The notes under the pieces are model-generated. The model saw only the letters and a list, made by a program, of their open reading frames with translations, did not search any database and was not told the origin of the DNA. From contig OX597837.1 in NCBI GenBank assembly GCA_951406725.2, forward strand, positions 15,624,001-15,688,000: a DNA stretch of 64,000 nucleotides, in the 5' to 3' direction. Every line of letters begins with the position of its first letter. Position 1 is the stretch's first letter. This DNA is from Octopus vulgaris. Lineage: Eukaryota. Both the position numbers and the translations under genes were made by a program. Positions 1-15,793 of the stretch are shown piece after piece.

Positions 1-672
1 TGTCAGAAAGAAAAATAATAATAATAAAAACAATGAAAATGTAAAGAAAAAGAAAGGAATAAAAAGGAAACTTTATGTTGATGATGATGATGATGATGAT
101 AAGGAGAAGGAAAAGGAGAAGAACAGGAAGGAGGGTGTAGAATCAGAGATTTCATTAAATAAGGTAAGGAACAGTTTTATTGGTTTCAGTGAGAAGGCTG
201 AGGCCATACTGGAGCACTACCTTCATGGGGTTAGGGGTTGGGGTGGTGGTTGAATGCAATAAAACTTGTTTTTTTAATTTAATTTAATTTTTTAAAAGTT
301 TCCATCCATCAAATCCACTGACAAGGCTCTGGTCGTCCTGAGATTCCATGCAGTGGGACTGAACCTGCAACCACAAGCTTGAAAATCAAACCTTTCACAC
401 ATGGCTTGGACAGTTTGACCGAGGACTGGCGAGCCAGATGGCTGCACCAGTCCTCAGTCAAACCGTCCAACCCATGCCAGCATGGAAAGCAGACGTTCAA
501 TGATGATGATGGGTGGTAGATGCAGTTTGAAATGTTTGCTTCTGAAACTCATGGTTGCAGGTTCAGTCCCACTGCATGGAACCTCAGGTAAATGTCTTTT
601 AATTTCACCCTCAGGACGACCAGAGCCTTTTCAGTGGATTTGAAAGACGGAAACTTAAAAAAACCCGGTCAT

Positions 673-915
673 TGGCACAGGAGTGGCTGTGTGGTAAGAA
701 GCTTGCTTCCCAACTGCATGGTTCCAGGTTCAGTCCCACTGCATGGCACCTTGGGTCTTCTACTATGTTTGTCCCCTACCATTACTCGACAACTGATGTT
801 TGTGTGTTTATGTTCCTGTAACTTAGCAGTTCAGCAAAAGAGACCAATAAACTAAGTCCTAGGGTCGATTAGTTCGACTAAAGGTGATGATGACTGAAAC
901 AAGGGAAAGAGCAAA
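673..915 (+). mobile_element. tRNA-derived SINE family A (internally deleted)
   Basis: Head tggctgtgtggtaagaagcttgcttcc...ggttcagtccc (A/B-box-like); tail gactgaaacaag; many paralogues in the window. Confidence 0.8.
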
Positions 916-919
916 AGAT

Positions 920-980
<61 letters not shown>

Positions 981-1134
981 ACTATGAATAATTGCATGTA
1001 AATATTGTGTTGAAAAAAATCTTTAAAATTTAAATTTTATATATTTTGTATATTATATTAATTAATTTTATTTCTGTTTTGGTTTATGTTTTTCACTGTT
1101 TGATTTGCCTAAAAGTGGTTTTATCTCTAATTTA

Positions 1135-1179
1135 ATATATATGTACACATATATGTTTATATATATATGCACTTATGTT

Positions 1180-1211
<32 letters not shown>

Positions 1212-1380
1212 CATGTTTATACACACGTTTATATATATACACATATATGTTTATATATATATATACACACACGTATATATATATATATACACACGTATAT
1301 ATATATATATATACACACACATGTATGTTTATATATATATATATACACATGTATGTTTATATATATATATATACATGTAT

Positions 1381-1411
<31 letters not shown>

Positions 1412-1598
1412 GATATACACGTATGTTTATATATATATATATATACACATGTATGTTTATATATATATATACACATGTATGTTTATATATACACATGTTT
1501 ATATATATATGCACATATGTTTATGTATCTATATACGCACACATATATGTATATATATATAATATACACACACACATGTTTATATATATACACATATT

Positions 1599-1630
<32 letters not shown>

Positions 1631-1633
1631 TAT
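1135..1633. repeat. compound (TA)n/(CA)n/(TG)n microsatellite
   Basis: Direct reading; motifs such as CACATGTATGTTTATATATA recur. Confidence 0.95.
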
Positions 1634-1665
1634 AATTAATTCCCAATTTCCTCCTTTCTTTCCAG

Positions 1666-1788
1666 TTGGACAAATCGGAGATCGACCATTTCCTCGACCA
1701 CCTCCATGCGGATTCTCTGGACAGTGTCCCACCAAAATCCATTTCTTCTGCCGCTGCCTCTGACGATGATAATGATGCTTTGAAATAA
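1666..1788 (+). CDS. probable terminal coding exon of an unidentified convergent gene
   Basis: Strong acceptor tttcctcctttctttccag|, then an open phase-0 frame LDKSEIDHFLDHLHADSLDSVPPKSISSAAASDDDNDALK*. Non-repetitive, GC-richer island; AATAAA overlaps the stop. Product not recognised. Confidence 0.55.
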   Translation: MDKSEIDHFLDHLHADSLDSVPPKSISSAAASDDDNDALK

Positions 1789-2488
1789 AAGAAAATATTT
1801 TTGTTATCAAAGTTGGGCTTCAATGAAATGTTGTATTTATTGAGAATCGTTTATTTAAAATTTCCCTGTTGTTGTTGTTGTTGTTCCCCAAAAAGCTTTC
1901 CAGCCTTGGCCATCCTCTATGTCTTTTTTTTATTTCTCATGTTTCTTCCTTCATTTTCTTCTGTGTCTTTTTTCCCTTTTTTTTTATTTAAGCTGATAGG
2001 GTGCAATTTTGAGGCACATCTGGTTGGACACAGAGGGCGTCCCCTTCCTGCCTTTCTTTAATTTCACTCCTGTCAACTTCTCACGGAAGAACTCCAAATT
2101 TTATTATCCACGTTCAGCCAGAAAAATTAGTTTATAAACAAGGGAGATAACTCCATCAATTTCATTCTATGCTGTTTCCAATAATTACCTCCCTTGCATA
2201 ATGAAAGCCTGTCACACGTAACATCGGTGCTGAGAGAAGGAACGGAGTTTTTGCGGAAGAGGTTTCGGGTTTCCTCACATTGGATATGCGTCCGGTTGGA
2301 GGGGTTGAATGGAGTGAGATATCCAAAAGAGGGACGAGAGTATTATTAGCTCTGAGGTAACGAGACCACGAAGGAGGACAGAAGTAATCTTGGCAACGGA
2401 AAGACGACCGTTTAAGGTGAGTAAAGGCTGCAAAGGTTTGTCGGGAGGGAGAGTCATGGATGGAAGTCCGAGGTGAATATAACCATGA

Positions 2489-5400
2489 ATATATATATAT
2501 ATATACATGTGTATCTATATATACGCATGTGTATATATGTATACACGTGTATATATATATACACACACGTGTATTTATATATACACATACGTGTAAATAT
2601 ATATATATACACACACGTATATATATATACATATACACAAGTATTCACATACACATGTGTATATTTATGTATATAGACGTGTATATATATGCACATATGT
2701 GTGTATATATATATATATACACGTATATATATATATGCACATGTGTATGCACGTGTGTATATGTGTATATATTACGTGTATGTGTATATATGTGTATATA
2801 TATATATATACATGTGTATACATGTATATATATATACGTATATATATATACATATATGTATATATATACATATATGTATATACATATATGTATAAATATA
2901 CATATATGTATATACATATATGTATATATATATACATATATATATACACATATATATGCATGTGTGTATATATATATACATGTTTATATATATACACATG
3001 TATGTATATATATACATACATGTGTTTATATATATATATAGACACGTGTATATATATATAGATACGTGTATATATATATGTATATACATGTGTAAATATA
3101 TATATACACATATACGTGTATATATATATATATCTAAACATATACATACATGTGTGTGTATATATATACACGTGTATATATATATATACACGTATCTATA
3201 TATATAAACACGTATGTATGTATATACATACATATGTATATATATAAACATGTATATATATAAATGTATATATATATATAAACATGTATATATATAAATG
3301 TATATATATATATGTATATATATACATATGTATACACATGTATATATATATATACACATATACACACGTGCATATATATATACGTGTATATATATGTACA
3401 CGTGTATATATATATATACACATATGTGCATATATATACACGTCTATATACATAAATATACACATGTGTATGTGTATATGTATATACATATACACGTGTA
3501 TATATATAAATACACGTGTGTGTATATATATATATAGACGTGTGTGTACGTATATATATATACATGTATATATACACGTGTACAAGTGTATACATATATA
3601 TACATGTGGATATATATATGCACATATATGTATACACGTGTGTGTATGTGTATATATTACATGTGTATGTGTATATATGTACGTGTGTATATATATATAT
3701 ATATACATTTGTATATATATGTCTGTATACACATGTGTATATATAGGCATGTGTATATATATATATATATTGTGTATATATATACACATACATGTGTGTA
3801 TATATATATATACATATATATATATATCCACGTATATATATGTGTGTATATATATAAACGTATGTATATATATATATATACACATGTATATATACACATA
3901 TATATATATACACGTGTATATATATATGTTTATATATATATATACAGATACGTGTATATATATATACATATACGTGTATATATATATACACGTGTATATA
4001 TATATAGACATGTGTATATATATATGTGTATATATATAGACATGTGTATATATATATACATGTGTATATATATATATACGTGTATATATATATACGTGTA
4101 TATATATATACACGCGTATATATATATATACACATGTGTATATATATACACGTATATAAATATATATACATACACACGTATATGTATATATATATATATA
4201 TACACATGTATATATACACATATATGCATGTGTATATATATACATATGTTTATATATATAAACATGTGTATATATATACATATATGTGTATATATATACA
4301 CACGTGTATATATATACACATATGTGTATATATATATACACACACATGTATATATATATACACAGACATGTATATATATATCTGTATATATATATATACA
4401 TGTGTATATATATATATACATGTGTATATATACATGTATATATATATATACATGTATATATATATATATACATGTATATATACATGTGTATATATATATA
4501 CATGCACATATATACATGTGTACATATATATATATATATACATGCACATATATACATGTGTATATACATATATATGTGTATAAATATACATGTGTATGTA
4601 TGTATATATATATATACGTGTATATATATGCATACACGTGTATATATATATACAAACATGTGTATATATACATATATACACGTGTGTATATACACGTGTG
4701 TATATATATATACACGTGAATATATATCTACACCTGTGTGTATATATATATACACCTGTGTACATATATATATACACCTGTGTATATATATATATGCACG
4801 TGTGTATATAAATATACACGTGTGTATATATATATGCACGTGTGTATATAAATATACACGTGTGTATATAAATATACATGTGTATATATATATACACGTG
4901 TGTATATATATATACATGTGTGTATACATGTATATATATATACACACATGTATATATATATACACACATATAAATATATACATATGTATATATATACACA
5001 TTTGTATATATATATATGCACACATATATATACACATGTGTATATACATATATATATACATACACATGTGTATATATATATACATATATATGTATAAATA
5101 CATGTATATATATACATATGTGTATATATATATACACATATGTATATATATATATTTATATGCGTATATATATATATACAAATGTGTATATATATACATA
5201 TGTATATATATATATACATATGTATATATATATATACATGTATATATACACACGTATATATATATATATACACGTGTATATATATACACACACGTGTATA
5301 TATATACGTGTATATATATACGTGTATATATATATATACACGTGTATATATATATACACACGTGTATATATATATACACACGTGCATATATATATACACA

Positions 5401-6325
5401 CGTGCATATATATATACACACGTGTATATATATATACACACGTGTATATATATATATATACATGTGTATATATATATACACGTGTATATATATACACGTA
5501 TATATATACACGTATATATATACACGTGTGTGTATATATATATACGTGTATATATATATACACGTGTATATATATACACGTGTATATATATATACACACG
5601 TGTATATATATACACGTGTATATATATATATTTATACACCTGTATATATATATACTCGTGTATATATATATATGCACATATATATGTATACACGTGTGTA
5701 TATGTGCATGTGTATATATTACATGTGTATGTGTATATATGTATATATATATATATACACATGTGTATATATATGTGTGTACATATATGTGTATAAATAT
5801 TTATACATGTGTATACATATGTATATATATACATGTGTATATATATATATACATGTATATATATATACACATGTATATATATATGTGTATATATATATAC
5901 ACGCGTATATATATACACATGTGTATATATATATATACACGTATATACATGTGTATATATATATACATGTGTGTATATATATATATATACATATGTTTAT
6001 ATATATATATACACGTATATATATATACATTTATATATATACATATGTTTATATATATACACATGTATGTATATATATACATACATGTGTATATATATAT
6101 ATATACATGTGTATATATATATACACGTGTATATAGATATATACACAAGTGTATAAATATATACACACGTGTATATATATATACACACGTGTATATATAT
6201 ATACACACATGTGTATATATATATACACACATGTGTATATATATACACACACATGTATATATATACACACATGTATATATATATATATGCATATATAAAT
6301 ATATGTATATATATATATACATGTG

Positions 6326-6360
<35 letters not shown>

Positions 6361-6773
6361 GTGTATATATATATATATATACATGTGTATATATATATAT
6401 ACATGTGTATATATATATATACATATACATATATACATATATATACACATGTATATATATATTTATACACATGTGTATATTTATACACATGTGTATATAT
6501 ATACACATGAATATATATATATGCACATATATCTGTATACATGTGTGTATATGTGTATGTGTATATATTACGTGTGTATGTGTATATATGTACGTATATA
6601 TATATATATACATGTGTATATATATACATGTGTATATATATGTGTGTATATATACGTGTATATATATATACATGTGTATATATATGTGTATATGTATATA
6701 TATATACATGTGTATATGTATATATATACACATGTGTATATACATATATATTGTGTGTATATATATACATGTG

Positions 6774-6805
<32 letters not shown>

Positions 6806-7776
6806 CATGTGTATATATATATATGTGTATATATATATAAACGTGTATGTATATATATATATACACATGTGTATATATGCAGATATATATACTTACACGT
6901 ATATATATATATACACATGTGTATATATATATACATGTGTATATATATATCTATACACACACATGTATATATACGTGTAATATATATATATATACACACA
7001 TGTGTATATATATATATACACACACGTGTATATATATACGTGTAATATATATATATACACGTGTATATATATATATATACATGTGAAATATATATATATA
7101 TATATACACATGTATATATATATATGTGTATATATATATATATATACACGTGTATATATATATATGTGTATATATATATACACCTACGTGTATATATATA
7201 TGTGTATATATATATACACATACATGTAAATATATATACACATGTGTGTATATATATATATACACGTGTGTATATATATATATAGACATGTGTATATATA
7301 CACATGTGTATATATATATACACATGTGTATACATATATACACACGTGTATATATGTGTATATATATATACATATACACATGTGTATATATATATATATA
7401 TACACAGACGTGTATATATATACGTGTAATATATATATATACACGTGTATATATATATATATGTGTATATATATATACACGTATGTGTATATATATATAC
7501 ACATACGTATGTATATATATATACACACGTGTATATATATATATGTGTATATATATATACAAGCGTATATATATATACACATGTGTATATATATATATAT
7601 ACACGTATAGAAATATATATACAGACACATGTGTATATATATACACGTATACGTGTATATATATATACGCATGTGTATATATATATATATACATACATAC
7701 ACATGTATAAATATATACACATATATATGTATATACACATGTATATATGTACACGTATATATATATATATACACAC

Positions 7777-7819
<43 letters not shown>

Positions 7820-10437
7820 TATATGCATGTGTATATATATATACATGTGTGTATATATATACATATATATATGTTTATATATATATATACATACATACAC
7901 ATGTATATATATACACGTATATATATGTATATACACATGTATATATGTACACGTATATGTATATATATATACACATGTATATATACACATATATATATGC
8001 ATGTGTGTATATATATATACATGTGTGTATATATATACATATGTTTATATATATATACACGCGTATATATATATACATATGTTTATATATATACACATGT
8101 GTATATATATATACATACATGTGTATATGTATACACATGTATATATATATACACGTGTATATAGATATATACACACGTGTATATATATACACGTGTATAT
8201 AGATACACGTGTATATAGATATATACTCAGGTGTATATATATATACACACACATGTATATATATATACACATACATGTATATATATATGTGTATATGTAT
8301 ATATATATACATGTATATATATATACATGTGTATATATATATATATATATACATGTGTATATATATATATATGTGTATATATATATATATGTGTATATAT
8401 ATCTGTGTATATATACATGTGTATATATATATATATATATTTATATACGTGTATATATATATACACATGTGTATATATATACGCGTGTATATATATATAC
8501 ACATATATATATACACGTGTGTACATATATATATATATACATGTCTATATATATATACACGTGTATGTATATATATGTGTATATATACACATGTGTATAC
8601 ATATATATACATACACGTTTATATATATACACATGTATATATATATATATACATGTATATATATATGTATATATATACACGTATATGTGTATATATATAT
8701 GCATGTGTGTATATATACATACATACACATGTATATATATGTATATACACATGTATACATGTACACGTATATGCACATATATATATACTTACACGTATAT
8801 ATATATACGTGTATATATATATCTATACACACGTGTATATATATACGTGTAATATATATATATATACACGTGTATATATATATATACATGTGTATATATA
8901 TATACACCTACGTGTATATATATATACACATACATGTATATATATATACACACGTGTATATATATATACACACGTGTATTTATATATACACACATGTGTA
9001 TATATATATATACATGTGTATATATGTGTATACGTATATACATATACACAAGTATACACATATACACGTGTATATATATACACATGTGTATACATACACA
9101 TATATATAAATATACATAAACGTATATGTAATTATACATACACGTGTATGTATATATATATAGACGTGTGTGTGTGTATATATATATATATATACACATG
9201 TGTATATATATGTATATATACGTGTATATATATGCACACATGTGTATATATATATACACGTGTACATATATATACATGTATATATATATATTTATACACC
9301 TGTATATATATATATACTCGTGTATATATATATATGCACATACATATGTATACACGTGTGTATATGTGCATGTGTATATATTACATGTGTATGTGTATAT
9401 ATGTACGTGTATATATATATATACATGTGCATATATATATATACATGTGTATATATATGTGTGTACATATATGTGTATAAATATTTATACATGTGTATAC
9501 ATATGTATATATATACATGTGTATATATATATATATACATGTATATATATATACACATGTATATATATATGTGTATATATATATACACGCGTATATATAT
9601 ACACATGTGTATATATATATACACGTATATACATGTGTGTATATATATATACATGTGTGTATATATATATATACATATGTTTATATATATAAACACACGT
9701 ATATATATATACATTTATATATATACATATGTTTATATATATACACGTGTATATATATATACACGTGTATATATATATACACATGTATGTATATATATAC
9801 ATACATGTGTATATATATATACATGTGTATATATACATACACGTGTATATAGATATATACACATGTGTATAAATATATACACACGTGTATATATATATAC
9901 ACACATGTGTATATATATACACACATGTGTATATATATACACACACATGTATATATATATATATGCATGTATATATATATGTATATATATATATACATGC
10001 GTATATATATACATGTATATATATATATACATGTGTATATATATATACATGTGTATATATATATATACATATACATATATATATGTACATATATATACAC
10101 ATGTATATATATATTTATACACATGTGTATATTTATACACATGTGTATATATATACACATGAATATATATATATGCACATATATCTGTATACATGTGTGT
10201 ATATGTGTATGTGTATATGTTACATGTGTATGTGTATATATGTACGTGTGTATATATATATATATATATATACATGTGTATATATATATACATGTGTATA
10301 TATATGTGTGTATATATATACGTGTATATATATATACATGTGTATATATATGTGTATATATATATATATACATGTGTATATGTATATATATACACATGTG
10401 TATATACATATATATTGTGTGTATATATATACATGTG

Positions 10438-10471
<34 letters not shown>

Positions 10472-11402
10472 TGTGTATATATATACATGTGTATATATAT
10501 ATAAACGTGTATGTATATATATATATACACATGTGTATTTATGCACATATATATATACTTACACGTATATATATATATACACATGTGTATATATATACAT
10601 GTGTATATATATATCTATACACACACATGTATATATACGTGTAATATATATATATATACACACATGTGCATATATATATATATACACACGTGTATATATA
10701 TACGTGTAATATATATATATACACATGTATATATATATATACATGTATATATATATATATATACACATGTGTATATATATATATACACATGTGTATATAT
10801 ATATATATATACACCTACGTGTATATATATATGTGTATATATATATACACATACGTGTATATATATATACACATGTGTGTATATATATATACACGTGTGT
10901 ATATATATATAGACATGTGTATATATACACATGTGTATATATATATACACACGTGTATATATATATATGTATATATATACATATACACATGTGTATATAT
11001 AAATATATACACACACGTGTATATATATACGTGTAATATATATATATATACACATGTATATATATATGTGTATATATATATATACACGTATGTGTATATA
11101 TATACACATACGTATGTATATATATATATACACACGTGTATATATATATATGTGTATATATATACAAGCGTATATATATATACACATGTGTATATATATA
11201 TATACACGTATATAAATATATATACAGACACGTATATATATATACACGTATACGTGTATATATATATACGCATGTGTATATATATATATACATACATACA
11301 CATGTATAAATATATACACATGTGTATATATATATATACATACATACACATGTATAAATATATACACATATATATGTATATACACATGTATATATGTACA
11401 CG

Positions 11403-11433
<31 letters not shown>

Positions 11434-11435
11434 GT

Positions 11436-11476
<41 letters not shown>

Positions 11477-14315
11477 TATATGCATGTGTATGTATATATA
11501 CATGTGTGTATATATATACATATATATGTTTATATATATATACATACATACACATGTATATATATACACGTATATATATGTATATACACATGTATATATG
11601 TACACGTATATGTATATATATATATACACATGTATATATACATATATATATATATACACATATATATATGCATGTGTGTATATATATATACATGTGTGTA
11701 TATACATACATATGTTTATATATATATACAGGCGTATATATATATACATATGTTTATATATATACACATGTGTATATATATATACATACATGTGTATATG
11801 TATACACATGTATATATATATACACGTGTATATAGATATATACACACGTGTATATAGATACACGTGTATATAGATATATACTCATGTGTATATATATATA
11901 CACACATGTATATATATATACACACACATGTATTTATATATACACATACATGTATATATATATGTGTATATATATATATACGTGTATATATATATATACA
12001 TGTGTATATATATATATATATATACATGTGTATATATATATGTGTATATATATATATATGTGTATATATATCTGTGTATATATACATGTGTATATATATA
12101 TATATATATTATATACGTGTATATATATATACACATGTGTATATATATATACGCGTGTATATATATATACACGTGTGTACATATATATATATACACATGT
12201 CTATATATATATACACGTTTATGTATATATATGTGTATATATACACATGTGTATACATATATATACATACACGTTTATATATATACATACACGTTTATAT
12301 ATATACACATGTATATATATATATATTCATGTATATATATATGTATATATATACACGTATACATGTATATATATATGCATGTGTGTATATATACATACAT
12401 ACACATGTATATATATGTATATACACATGTATATATGTACACGTATATGTATATATATATATATATACACATGTATATATACACATATATATATACACAT
12501 ATATATATGCATGTGTGTATATATACATGTGTGTATATATATACATATGTTTATATATATATACACGCGTATATATATATACATATGTTTATATATATAT
12601 ACACATGTGTATATATATATAGACATATATGTGTATATATATTTATACATACCTGTGTATATATATATACACATATATATATATATATACACGTGTATAT
12701 AGATATATACATATGTGTACGTGTACATAGATATATACACATGTATATATATATACGTGTATATAGATATATACACGTGTATATATATATACACACATGT
12801 ATATATATATATACACACATGTATATATATATATATACACACATGTATATATATATACACATGTATATATATGTGTATATATATATATATACATGTGTAT
12901 ATATATATACATATGTGTATATATATCTGTGTATATATACCTGTGTATATATACATGTGTATATATATATATATATACATGCACATATATACATGTGTAT
13001 ATACATATACATATATATATATACGTGTATATATATACATGTGTATGTATGTATATATATATACACATGTGTATATATATATATATATACACGTATATAT
13101 ATACACATGTGTATGTATATATATACGTGTATATATACACATGTATATATATATATATACGTGTATATATATACATACACGTGTATATATATATACAAAC
13201 ATGTGTATATAGACACATGTATATATATATATATATATATACACGTGTACATATATATACACATACATTTATATATATACATGTATTTATACATATATAT
13301 GTATATATATATACACATGTGTATATATATATGTGTATATATATGTATATACACATGTATATACATATATATATATGTGTATATATATATATATATTTAT
13401 ATGTGTATATATATATATATATATATACAAATGTGTATATATATATATATATATATACAAATGTGTATATATATACATATGTATATATATATGTGTATAT
13501 ATATATACGTGTATATATATATACATGTGTATATATATATATATATATACATGTATATATATATACATGTGTATATATATATATATACACGTGTACATAT
13601 ATATATACATACGTGTATATATATATATATATACATGTGTGTATATATATATACATGTGTATATATATATACATACATGTGTATATATATATACATACAT
13701 GTGCATATATATATACATGTGTATATAGATATACATACACGTGTATATAGATATACATACACGTGTATATAGATATATATACACATGTGTATATATAGAT
13801 ACACATGTGTATATATACACATGTATGTATATATATATATACATACATGTGTATATATATATACACATATATGTATATATATATACATACACGTGTATAT
13901 ATATATACATGTGTATATATATATATATACACATGTGTATATATATCTATGTACACGTGTATATATATATATATATATACACATGTGTATATATATCTAT
14001 ATACACATTTATATATATATATATGCACATGTATATATATATATATGCACATGTATGTATATATATATACATACACGTGTGTATATATATATATATATAT
14101 ATACATACATGTATATGTATATATTTGTATACATATGTATTTATATATATATGTATACATATGTATATATATGTATATATATGTATACATATGTATACAT
14201 ATGTATACATATGTATATATATGTATATATATGTATACATATATATACATATGTATACATATATATACATATATATATATATATATACATATGCATACAT
14301 ATATATATACATAAG

Positions 14316-14346
<31 letters not shown>

Positions 14347-14550
14347 ATATGCATACATTAATATATATATATTTGTATACATATATATACATATATATAT
14401 GTATACATATGTGTATACATATGTATACATATATATACATATGCATACATATATATATACATATGCATACATATATATACATATGCATACAATTATATAT
14501 ATACATATATATATGTATACATATCTATATATATATGTATACGTATGTAT
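2489..14550. repeat. ~12 kb alternating purine-pyrimidine satellite with higher-order duplication
   Basis: (TA)n punctuated by CACATGTG/CACGTG; rare marker words recur at a ~3.6-3.7 kb offset. Confidence 0.97.
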
Positions 14551-14552
14551 AA

Positions 14553-14996
14553 ATATTTGGCGAATAGTTATGCGTCGATCTTCCAAAATTGCAGCCTGAA
14601 CTTGACGGACAGATACCTCATCACTGGCAGAAGGGGGGGGGAACTAGATCTGGGAGCTGTTTCCACAGCATTCCGAACATGTTTGAATTCACGATGCCTG
14701 TGTTTTACAAGGTCATATGATGGGGCATCATCACCATAAGTTACTTTCATTTCATCAAAAGTCTCCCGTGGTGTGCGTCCTTTCAAATACAAAAACCGGA
14801 TCACTGCTCGACACTCAACAGGCTCCATTTCACACTTGACTCAGTTCAAAAACCTGGAAATCAGAAACCACAATTAGTCAGAGCTGTAATTTGTCACTTA
14901 ATCTATGGAGATATAATAATAATTGCACATGTAAAATTTCAGCTAGATCAAACAACTGCAAGTGGGTCAGAGGCATTACTTATTGAACGTCCCTCG
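14553..14996 (-). mobile_element. truncated mariner (Tc1/mariner) element: 5' TIR plus N-terminal transposase
   Basis: TA|CGAGGGACGTTCAATAAGTAATGCC terminus; ORF from 14828 [42 protein letters not shown]...EFK (mariner HTH); frameshifted [10 protein letters not shown], then runs into the satellite. Confidence 0.88.
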
Positions 14997-15216
14997 TATA
15001 TATATATATATATATATATATACGAAAAAGTCTTTTATGTTTCGAGCCTATGCTCTTCCACTGAAAGAAACAAGGAGAGAAAAAAAAATGTGTGTAGTGG
15101 TTACCGATCTATATATATATATACACATAGATATATATGAATACTGAGAGTGAGAGAGATTGTGTCTATAAGGTGTGAAATAAGTGGAAAAAAAAGTCAT
15201 CATAAATATTGCTAAA

Positions 15217-15222
15217 TTTATT
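15217..15222 (-). promoter_or_regulatory. candidate polyadenylation signal of MPND
   Basis: AATAAA on the minus strand ~480 nt after the stop, followed by a U-rich tract (gactttttttttccac). Confidence 0.5.
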
Positions 15223-15700
15223 AATGGTTTTGTATTTCAAATTCCACAACATTTCTATAATAATAACATCATAGATACCATGCTATGTCTGTTGCTAAAC
15301 TGTGGGGGTCTCTCTATACATGCCATTCATTAATGTCAAATGTTATTCCACAACTCAGAGATATTGGAATGGAATATTCAATATTATCCAACAAAATGTT
15401 CTCAATAGTTTTTTTTAACTTTTTAAAATTAATTATAATTATCATTATAATTATAATTATAATTATAATTATTATTATTATTATTTTTTTTTGAGAACGT
15501 GTGACAAATAAATATTCTGATCTGGTGTTGTTTCCTTGGTCTTTGAGTCACTTTTAAATACAGGAATAATAATTATATTTTAACCCAATAGTCTTTTGAA
15601 GGATTCTTCAAATAAAGGAAAATTTATATTTTAATCTTAATCCAATCCTCTGTCAAGTTCCCGTTCCTTTTGGTGTGTGTGTGTGATGGTGTCTTTCCTT

Positions 15701-15793
15701 TCAAACACGGAGCCCCAGCAGTAAGGAACGGACAAATTCTAAAGTAGAGCTATTTTCATCTTGGTCTTGAGGCAATTTGGTCAGGAGGGACCA
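15701..15793 (-). CDS. MPND: MPND last coding exon with stop
   Basis: ttcctgaacag|TGG TCC...CGT GTT TGA; [30 protein letters not shown]. Confidence 0.9.
   Translation of the reverse strand, partial: WSLLTKLPQDQDENSSTLEFVRSLLLGLRV

Noticed and set aside
1990-2488. GC-richer island left of the satellite, considered as mariner remainder, hammerhead or exon
   Set aside because: No transposase motifs, no complete hammerhead core and no recognisable protein; left unassigned.
1105-14586. Dozens of long Y/I/T/H/C/V/M-rich ORFs up to 771 aa
   Set aside because: Alternating RY sequence cannot form TAA, TAG or TGA, so all frames stay open; no protein signal.
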